Origin: Octopus vulgaris
Taxonomy: Eukaryota
Direction: 5' to 3'
Assembly (NCBI GenBank): GCA_951406725.2
Contig: OX597816.1
Coordinates: 154,752,001-154,816,000 of the forward strand
DNA length: 64,000 bases
The translations under genes were made by a program, and so were the position numbers. Within the stretch, counting starts at the first letter, position 1; every line of letters starts with the position of its first letter. Under the pieces are notes generated by a model, which worked only from the letters and a program-made list of their open reading frames with translations, was not told the origin of the DNA and did no database searches. This document shows, piece after piece, positions 54,398 through 64,000 of the stretch.

Positions 54398-54467
<70 letters not shown>

Positions 54468-54502
54468 TATATATAAATATATATATATATATATACACAC
54501 AA

Positions 54503-54546
<44 letters not shown>

Positions 54547-54752
54547 AACACTAAACGCGCATACACAAGGTATGTGGCGCTGTTAGTTCATGGGTCGGCT
54601 GTGGTTTTTAGACGTAAGAGAATATATCTCTTACGCCTAAAAACCGCACCCGACCCACGAACTAATGACGCACATACCTTGTGCATGTGTGTTCGATTTT
54701 GTTTATATACCTCGAGCTGCTTCTCATTCATAAGTCATACACACACAGACAG

Positions 54753-54825
<73 letters not shown>

Positions 54826-54837
54826 CATTAGGTTATC

Positions 54838-54886
<49 letters not shown>

Positions 54887-54894
54887 CATATACA

Positions 54895-56159
54895 TTGGGT
54901 CATTCCATAAATAATGTGGTGTTTTCAATTGCATGACCTAAAAGTCGTAGTGGGACGGGATAAACTACCTGCATCAGCTGGCTATAAATGCAGGTAGTAA
55001 TTTTACCTTGAACTTATTCTTAGTGCAAATTTTGAAGATTGTAGTTCGATTTTAACACTTATTTTATCAAAGCTGTCTTGCAAGTGACAAAGGAGCATAT
55101 CCGGCATATTTTGCTTTATGAGTTCTATAAAGGCAACAACGCAACGAAAAGTGCGAGGAATAGAAATGCAGTATATGGGGATTAGACAATAAGCGTAAGC
55201 CAGTGTCAACGGTGGTTCCAGAAATTTCCAGCTAGAAACTGCAGCTTAGAAGACGAGCCTCGTCCTGGAAGGTCTGTAAAGCTCGACGAGGACATCCTGC
55301 AGACCCTGGTGGATCAAAATCCCATCGTAACTGTTGAGGAGCTAGCGGAGAATCTTGGATTTGTCCTTCAACCATTCACTGACACCTGCGTGCTATCGGA
55401 AAAGTCAGCAAATTAGGTCAATGGGTTCCTCATAAACTTTCGAAGTCTAATCGCAGTGAGTGAATGCATATTCTTTGCTGTCACTTCTCATGAATGAAAC
55501 TTTTTTCGGACTAAATAGTGACTGGTGACTACAAATGGGTTCTCTATAAAAATGTCAAGCGCTGAAGACAGTGGGTAAGGAAAGGAGGAACACCCGCACC
55601 ACAGGCTTAAGAAGGTCTTTACCCACTTAAGGTGTTGGTGGGATATGAAATGTTTAGTCCTCTTTGAACTTTTAAACCTAAATCAAACGATAACAAAGTA
55701 GATCCACTGCGAACAGCTTGAGCGGCTTATGTCAGCGCTAGAAGAAAAACGACCATTTTTGCTTTCAAGACGAAAGCGGTTCTTCTATCAGGTAATGCTC
55801 GGCCACATACAGCCAGGATGACATTCCAAAGGCTGGAGCAATTTGAATGGGAAACGATGCCCCATCCACCACATTCGCCGGACATTGCCCCATCTGATTA
55901 TCATTTATTCCGCAGTCTTCAAAATCATTTGGACAGAAAAAATATGAATTCTGCAGACGAGGTCAGAATAGTACTGGAGGAGTATTTTTCGTCACGAACA
56001 AGTAAATTTTAGAAGAGAGGCCTTACAAGTCTACCAGCTATATGGAAGAGCATTGTGGAAAATGAAGTAGAGTATATTTTTAGATTAAAAAAGAAGTTTG
56101 TTTATCTTAGTTTTGAAAAATAAAAGTATAAAAAACGCATTATTTATCGGATGACCCAA
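54895..56159 (+). mobile_element. Full-length decayed mariner (DD34D-type) transposon
   Basis: TIRs ttgggtcattccataaataatg / cattatttatcggatgacccaa; TA-rich flanks; WVPHKL, VTGD and HPPHSPDIAPSDYHLFRSL; many stops. Confidence 0.9.
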
Positions 56160-56684
56160 TACATATATCTTTTATCTTATACTAATTTCTGTCATGACCG
56201 CAGTCATGCTGGGGCACCGCCTTGAGAAATTTTAAACGAACGAATCGACCTCAGTTCTTATTTTCTTTTCAAGCCTGATACTTATTCTATCGGTCTATTC
56301 TTGTAGAACTTCTATTTTACGGGGATATAAACGCACCAACACCGGTTGTCAACCGGCGGTGGGGGACAAACGCAGACACAAAGACACACACACACACAGC
56401 ATGTTATAGACATGCTTCTTACACCATTTTGCACTTAGTCATAGCGATTTAGCTAACATCTGCCTAACTCCAGGTATGCGGTATTGACAAGTCACAGAAA
56501 TGACGAAACATCGATGTCAATCGTTCTTGTAATAGGACCTGGTGCAAGTTATCTCGTTTGTCTATGACTTCCATGTGTTTTAATATCAGGCGAATTGATA
56601 AGAAGATATTCCGCACGTCCATAATCGCAGACTGCCCACTAGCAAGACACATATCTTCTGTATGTGTTTCCGATATTGTTTACT

Positions 56685-58138
56685 TTTTACTCTTTTACTC
56701 TTTTACACGTTTCAGTCATTTGACTGCGACCATGCTGGAGTACAGACTTTAGTCGAAGCAATCGGCCCCAGGACCTATTCTTTGTAAGCCTAGTACTTAT
56801 TCTATCGGTCTCTTTTGCCGAACCACTAAGTTTTGGGGATATAAACACACCAACATCAGTTGTCAAGCGATGATAGGGGGACAAACACAGACACAAAGAC
56901 ACGTAAACATAGTGTTGTGGTTCAAATTAAGGACAGTTAATTGCGACCTACTTTGGGGATAAACCGATTGTTCTGTCGGATTCACGAAGGAGTAATGAGC
57001 TTTTAGGGGACCTTTGGCCTTGTGCCGGTCAGGGAAAGTTCGTTGTAAACACCCCTTAAAAATAAGCAGTTCAGTTTGTGAGAGTCAGTCGGCATTTGGA
57101 ATTCAAGGCAAGCAGTTGGCAGTTTGGATTTAGCAGTGGCAGTTCTGCTGGTGACAGTGTACCGAAAAAGGAAGACAGTCATGAGAGATGACAGGCGATA
57201 CAGTGAGAGAAATGTTGAGGGGCTGAGGAAGAGATATACAGAGGATTAAGCAGCTAATAGAGATGGACTACAATGTGAGGCATTGGCTGATGTAACGGTA
57301 TGTGTTAATTGTATATTTTGGTATGTGAAGAAAAAGAAGGAAAAAGAATCGATGTATTGAAATGTAAAAGAAATGAACATTGTTTATGTTGTTGATGGTT
57401 ATAAAGAAAAGGCTAAAGAGAACTGTGTAAAGACATTGTGTACAGAGTCGTTGAAAAGAAAGGCTCTGTTGTAGTCTGAAAAGAATTTAATGAACATTGA
57501 ACGTATATGTGTTAATTGTCCTCTGAACTGTAACGTTAATGTGATTTGAAACAGAACTGTTGTCTCCGGATGTATATTGCATCAATCTGAACAGTTATTT
57601 GACCCGAATGCTGTTATTATATTGTATCTGCATGTTTAAATGCTTTGATGTGTTGTTTCTTGCATGTATTTCCTCTTTGATGTACCTGATATATCTGATG
57701 TATCTTTAAATGTACTTGATGTTGTAATAGTCATATAAACTAGTAGGTTAAATGTAAGCCAATTGCCTTCCGCTGTGTTTCTTTGTGTCTCTCTCTGTGT
57801 CTCTTCCTGCTGCCGTTGTTGTTGTTGTCTCTCTCTCTTCACCGATCGATCGAGCCTGGTCAATCGTCGTCGCTCGACTTGTTGGAATCCCGGGTTCGAG
57901 TTCGAGCGACGGCAGGTGGGATTCCGTAGCAGCTTTCGGAGGTCCCGTAACAATATATACATATACATATACACTGGGCGGCCTTCTTTCAGTTTCCGTC
58001 TACCAAATCCACTCACAAGGCTTTCGTCGACCCGAGGCTATAGTAGAAAACACTTGCCGATGGTGCCACTCAGTGGGACTGAGCCCGGAACCATGTGGTT
58101 GGGAAGCAAGCTTCTTACCACGCAGCCACGCCTGCTCC
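56685..58138 (-). mobile_element. SINE family 2 split by an LTR-like insertion
   Basis: 3' half at 56685-56905 and 5' half at 57975-58138. Confidence 0.75.
56913..57952. mobile_element. Probable solo LTR (about 1.04 kb)
   Basis: TGTTGTGG...CCGTAACA termini (imperfect inverted TG..CA); non-coding; interrupts a SINE; TSD not clean. Confidence 0.55.
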
Positions 58139-58158
58139 TATAATACATACATACATAC

Positions 58159-58293
<135 letters not shown>

Positions 58294-58744
58294 ACGGAAT
58301 TCCATTCAATATCCGTCTACCAAATTCACTCATAAGTCTTTGGTCGGCCTGAGGCTATAGTAGAAGACGCTTGCTAAAGGTGTCAGGTAGTGGGAGTGAA
58401 CCCGGAACCATGTTGCTGGGAGGCAAACATCTTACCACACAGTCACGCATGCATATATGTACGCAGCTTTTATCCTTTACTTGCTTCAGTCATTAGACTG
58501 TGACCATGCTGGAGCACCGCCTTGAAGAACTTTAGTCGAATGAATCGATCCCATTACATTTGGTTTCAAATACTGGTACTTATTCTATCGGTTTCTATGC
58601 CGAACCGCTACGTTACGGGACGTAAACACATCAACATCGATTGTCAAGCGATATATTATAAAAATTTTTTTTGATAAGGTTCGTTATTTCAAGAACCGAA
58701 ACATGTTAAATTAAAATTTATCTAATATAGCGGCATTTTCAAAC

Positions 58745-58758
58745 TTCATTTTTTACAA

Positions 58759-58806
<48 letters not shown>

Positions 58807-59551
58807 TAAATATGGGCAAAAGAAAAAAGTTCTATGCCAATATGCTGAAAAATAGACTTTAGATCGTCTAACCACATAAAATATTTTTCACTATAAATAC
58901 ACAGCGTGTTGAAACGAGGAGAGCAAGCTAGCAAAAAATGTTTAAATTCGTTATTCCCGAATCGGACCGTTTTCTGGATTTATCCAAAAGGATTCTTCCT
59001 TCGTCAGCGAGAAACACGATAAGAATAAATGGAATACTTACATATTCCCACGGAAAAAGCAGATGTAAAGTTATGGGTACATTTAAGTACCTCAAAACAG
59101 AAATCCTGTGTCAAGCCTCAGCACACGTTTAGACGGTCAGGAAACTCACGTAAAGTGGTTAGAAGTCCCGAAGTGAATGGAAATAAATTTACTTCTAATA
59201 TAAGGATAAAATTTTTCAAACAATTTTTATCAGTGGCCAGCATATTAAAATACCTTTTAAGGTGAAAAATATAAACAATTATATATAAGGGCGATTTTTA
59301 TGCCAATATGCTCAAAAATAGACTTTAGATCATCTAACCACATACAATATTTTGCACCTTAAAAGGTATTTTAATATTCTGGCCACTTATAAAATGTGGT
59401 TAGACAATCTAAAGTATCTCTTTCAGCATATTGGCATAGAAAATCTTTTTCTTTTGCCCGTATTTACAATTGTTTATAATTTCCACATCAAAAGGTATTT
59501 TAATATGTCGGCCACTGATAAAATAAAAAGAAAAAAATCTTTGTAATCGAA

Positions 59552-59552
<1 letters not shown>
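58745..59552 (-). mobile_element. Diverged relative of the 48-kb fold-back family, with an HHR (58954-59013), a tandem partial pLTR and an inverted end
   Basis: ttctcg-CTGACGA-agga..tcca-GAAA-acgg-t-ccga-TT-cgggaa; tail homologous to 48772-48860; 59230-59350 is inverted to 59390-59525. Confidence 0.7.
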
Positions 59553-59589
<37 letters not shown>

Positions 59590-59591
<2 letters not shown>

Positions 59592-60180
59592 AGTTTTGTC
59601 TTGATAATTACGATGCGCACTCTTCTTTACTATCTCTTCTCTGTCTATCTCTCTCCCTCTCTTGTTCTTCATCTTTTCTGGTTTTCTCTCCCACCCTTCC
59701 TTATTCTTCTCTCTCTTTCAACGTTCCCTCTCTCTCACTCCTCCTACTCGACTCTCTCGTCGCTGACACGTGACGAGAAGGAATCCATCTTTCTGACTAC
59801 TACCTTCGCTAAGACTAAACGGGCTTATACTGTCTCTTCACAAGTTCGTTTCCTTAAACGTTGGCTTAACAACCCCCATCGTTTGTTTTTTTATTGTTTT
59901 TACTATTTTGTTCTCACTGTCCTGTTCTTGTTACCATTTTCACCCTCCGCAAAAAATCGTAAATTTTATTTAATTTGCTTTGCGGGAAAGACTGTTTCAA
60001 TTGAAGTTGCGTCTTGTCTTCGCCTTCGACGCGTGGAGTAGTTGAAACAGGAATAACTGAATAACTCGTTTCTCTGTTTTTTTTTCGTTGTCCGAAAAAA
60101 AGTTCGTTTTTATGTTTTTGTTTCTCATTGTGTTCAACATTTTCTTGATGACCTGTACCCATATATGCATGTATATATAC
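59590..60180 (+). mobile_element. Family B copy 3 (diverged); rearranged-HHR scaffold at 59941-60065 with core deletions
   Basis: ccgcaaa/tttgcgg, gaaag/ccttc, ctgtttcaat/agttgaaacag and gcgTC/GAcgc; CT-rich leader and CACGTGAC. Confidence 0.6.
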
Positions 60181-60305
60181 ATATATATGTAGGTATGTAC
60201 ATATATGTATGTATATATTTATATATCATTTATATTTTATATACTTTGATAGGTTTCGGCCATTATTGGCCCAGGCCATGTCTAACTTAATAGCACCACC
60301 TGGTG

Positions 60306-60342
<37 letters not shown>

Positions 60343-60345
<3 letters not shown>

Positions 60346-60890
60346 GGTAAATCATAATAATAGTATTTTAAAAGCTTAAAGCTTTTTGCGATCACTGCGC
60401 AATGACTAAAGAAAATAGTCTAGTAAAGGGGAATATAAACCATCCACAGAGAAAAATAAGGTTTTCTAGTACGCATGGGATTCGAACCTACATCCCTTTG
60501 TCTACGCGACTAAGAGAGTAACCGATTACACCAGCAAACTCACCTGCTTCGTATTGTAAAATTTAAAATCACATGAAAATTTGTTTAAAAAACAACTACG
60601 AACTAATATAGTTCTTAAATTTGACAAGCAAAAGCAGGTTAGTTCGCTAGTGTAATAGGCAACACACTTAGTCACGTAAACAAAGGGATGTTGATGCGAG
60701 ACCCACGCGTACGGGAAAACCTACTTTATTTGTCGAAGGCTTATATGCCCCATTACTAGACTATTTTCCGTAGTCAATGCGCGGTGATCGCTATAAACTT
60801 TAAGCTTATAAAATGCCATCATTACTATTTACAGAATTGTAAAACTCGACACTGCTTAACAAAACCATTCGCAGTGAAAGCACACTAAAG
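60343..60890. mobile_element. Old (TA)n-flanked fold-back element with a tRNA-like segment in each arm
   Basis: 60343-60570 is inverted to 60610-60837; minus strand tggtgtaatcgg..gtcgcgtagac..ggttcgaatccc (A and B boxes). Confidence 0.7.
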
Positions 60891-60896
60891 TTTGTT

Positions 60897-61036
<140 letters not shown>

Positions 61037-61123
61037 GGGAGAATTCACGAAAGAATCAGAAGACGAAGACAGGTGGTGTAGAAAACAAACATGTATTAGT
61101 ATAACGCTCGGGATGTGAAAAAG

Positions 61124-61161
61124 TCTTTGACGTTTCGAGCCTACGCTCTTCCACAGAAAGA
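61124..61161 (-). ncRNA. Minimal hammerhead-like motif with variant core CUGUGGA
   Basis: tcttt-CTGTGGA-a-gagc-gtag-gctc-GAAA-cg-TC-aaaga; same family as 5281-5314. Confidence 0.5.
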
Positions 61162-61435
61162 GACACAGACAGAAACAAGGAGATAAAAAAAGGAGAGAAA
61201 ACAAAGAGAGGAAAAAGGAGCGAAAAAAGGAGAGAAAAAATGTGTGTAGTGGCTACCGATCTATTATGGCGAATGTGTGTATATATATATATATCGAATG
61301 TATAATCCCTAATCATTAGTTCGATAGCAGAATATATATTTTGTGGGACAAACCATTATGGATTAAATATCTTTTACTTACTCTCTGATTTATCTTTCAG
61401 TACTCTATTCTTACTTAGTGTCAGCTTGAACACCA

Positions 61436-61558
<123 letters not shown>

Positions 61559-62214
61559 TACCATATATTTATGTAATTTATGTATATGTATATATACATA
61601 CACACATATATACATATACGTATGTATGTATGCATAAATATCTACATACACACATATCTATGTCTGTATATCTCTGTGAGTGCCAATCTATCTGTGTGTG
61701 TGTGTGTGTGCGCGCGCGCGTGCGTGAGTACGTACATGCAAATGTGGGCTTATTAAATTGATAATAGATAATTTATAAACAATTAGATATTGAATGTAGA
61801 CATGTTCGCCAGAGAGAAAACAATGCAGCAGAAAGCGACGAAAGAAGAAGGGGAAACAGAGATAGAGTTAAGGAGATAAACGGATATATTAAAGCAGAAA
61901 AGTTGGATGGATAGGATAAGAGGGAGATTGAAAAAAAAAAAAGAAAAGAGACAAAAAGGAATGATAAACACCTGACTGACGGAATGAGCGAGTGAAGAAA
62001 TCTAAGAATGAAGAAGGGTGAAAAATTGCAAACTAGCAGGAAATATATGAAGGAGGGAAGGAGTAAATGTAGCTGCTGGAGGCAGACGAATCAATTGTAA
62101 AGGTGGTGGTGGTGTTAATTCCGTATTTCTGTTTCTTCTTAGTTTCTGTTTTTGACAGAAAAATTAGGGAGAAACAATGATAGGAATACGGAAGTATTGT
62201 GTGACTTGGAGATA

Positions 62215-62363
62215 AATTGATGGATGGATAGATAAATAGTTAGCTAGTTTAATTAGATAGACAGGCGGTTTGTTAGATAGATAGATAAATTGATAGATAG
62301 ATATATAGATAGTTAGCTAGCTAGTTAGATAGACAGATGGTTTGTGAGATAGATAGATAAATT

Positions 62364-62396
<33 letters not shown>

Positions 62397-62583
62397 TTAG
62401 CAAGTTAGATAGACAGATGGTTTGTTAGATAGATAGATAAATTGATTGATAGATAGATAGATAGTTAGCTAGCTAATTAGATAGACAGATGGTTTGTTAG
62501 ATAGATAGATAAATTGATTGATAGATAAATAGATAGTTAGCTAGCTAGTTAGATAGACATATGGTTTGTTAGATAGATAAATT

Positions 62584-62644
<61 letters not shown>

Positions 62645-62877
62645 GTTTCTTTATTGGCCACACAGGGCTGCACACAGATGGGACAAGTTACAAGGTAGAG
62701 CTTTTCTTTTGGGGGATGAAAAAAACAAAACAACAAAAGAAGCAAAAAAAAAGAGGTGGCGTAGGTTTTCGATCAAGAGGGATCGTAAAAGGGGAAAAAA
62801 AGAACAAAAAAAAGAAAAAAAAAGAAAAAAAAAGATAGATAGATAAACAGATGGTTTGTTAGATAGATAGATAAATT

Positions 62878-62959
<82 letters not shown>

Positions 62960-63225
62960 CAGATAAATTGATAAATGGATAGTTAGTTACATTGCTAGTT
63001 GGATAGATAGATGGATAAATAGACAGATAGATAGATAGACAGATAGATAGACAGATAACTTTCTTTTATTAGCCACACAGGGCTGAATACAGAGGGGACA
63101 AATACAGATAGATAGACAGACAGATAGATAAATAGATAGATAGATAGACAGATAAATGAATAGATTGACAGATAAACTGATAGATAGTTAGACAGACTGC
63201 AGGATAGAGAGATAGATATAAGAAT

Positions 63226-63230
<5 letters not shown>
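62215..63230. repeat. (GATA)n-based compound satellite with higher-order units and short SINE-tail-like fragments
   Basis: Repeated agatagttagctag..agacagatggtttgttagatag units. Confidence 0.9.
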
Positions 63231-63308
<78 letters not shown>

Positions 63309-63590
63309 AGGATATACGGATGGATAGATTTAGAAAGAGTGGTTAAGTAAAATTAAGTTAAAAACGGGGCGCAGTACGAGAAAGTACGAAAAATATCGAA
63401 AGATGAACAGGAGGGTGGATTTAGAAAAAATATATTAATAGAAAGTAAGTTAAAGACTGCGAAAGACAAATCGAAAGAAAAAAAGGGGTTCATATTAGAT
63501 AGAAATGTATCAGTTACCTAGTGATATTTAGATCGGGAAAATGTGTGTGTGTGTGAGTGAGAGAGAGAGAGAAAGGAGAGAGAGAGAAAG

Positions 63591-63641
<51 letters not shown>

Positions 63642-63804
63642 AGTGGGTAAACAAGAGGAGGCAGCAAATACTTCATTATATAAATCTGTGAAAATTCTGT
63701 TGGAATAAAAGGTGGTGGTGGTGGTAACGCTGAAATAGATAGGGTGGTGATTAGATGAAAATGAATGGGATGACGAAAAGAGATCAACAGAGATAGATAG
63801 ATAA

Positions 63805-63870
<66 letters not shown>

Positions 63871-64000
63871 TGATAGGGAGATAAAGTGAGTAAAAGATGA
63901 AGTGGGAGAAGGATAAATAAATAGATAAATAGATCGATAGATAAATAGAGATAGATGGATGTGATAGATAGAGTGAGAGAAAGGTATGTAGTGTGTTAGT

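Noticed and set aside
60245-60310. Minus-strand ggcca-ataa-tggcc-GAAA hairpin
   Set aside because: No CUGANGA strand; at most a fragment
60468-60540. Functional tRNA gene
   Set aside because: Acceptor and D stems pair poorly and the segment lies within a repeat arm; treated as tRNA-derived
62215-63230. CRISPR-like periodic repeats
   Set aside because: A GATA-based eukaryotic satellite with no unique spacers and no cas genes

Overview
AT-rich, microsatellite-saturated animal DNA with no host gene that I can recognise. The SINE families and overall texture resemble an octopus (coleoid cephalopod) genome, which is an inference. Most long ORFs in the track are translated (TA)n/(CA)n/(TATG)n repeats. 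The real coding remnants are all transposons: RTE-type LINEs, R4/Dong-type LINEs in (TAA)n, a CRE-like LINE, Penelope-like elements (PLE; RT and GIY-YIG fragments), a hAT, mariner/Tc1 fossils, Helitron/HINE-like elements and a probable solo LTR. The main signal is non-coding. More than ten hammerhead ribozyme (HHR) motifs lie in short elements between (TA)n tracts, many of them folded back as inverted repeats like PLE pseudo-LTRs. Two repeat families of dissimilar sequence (three copies each) carry the three hammerhead core strands in reversed, non-circularly permuted order (UH, then GAAA, then CUGANGA) inside the same multi-helix scaffold, with compensatory base changes. This is a candidate rearranged, pseudoknotted hammerhead class. 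All pairings were assigned by eye and element boundaries are approximate.
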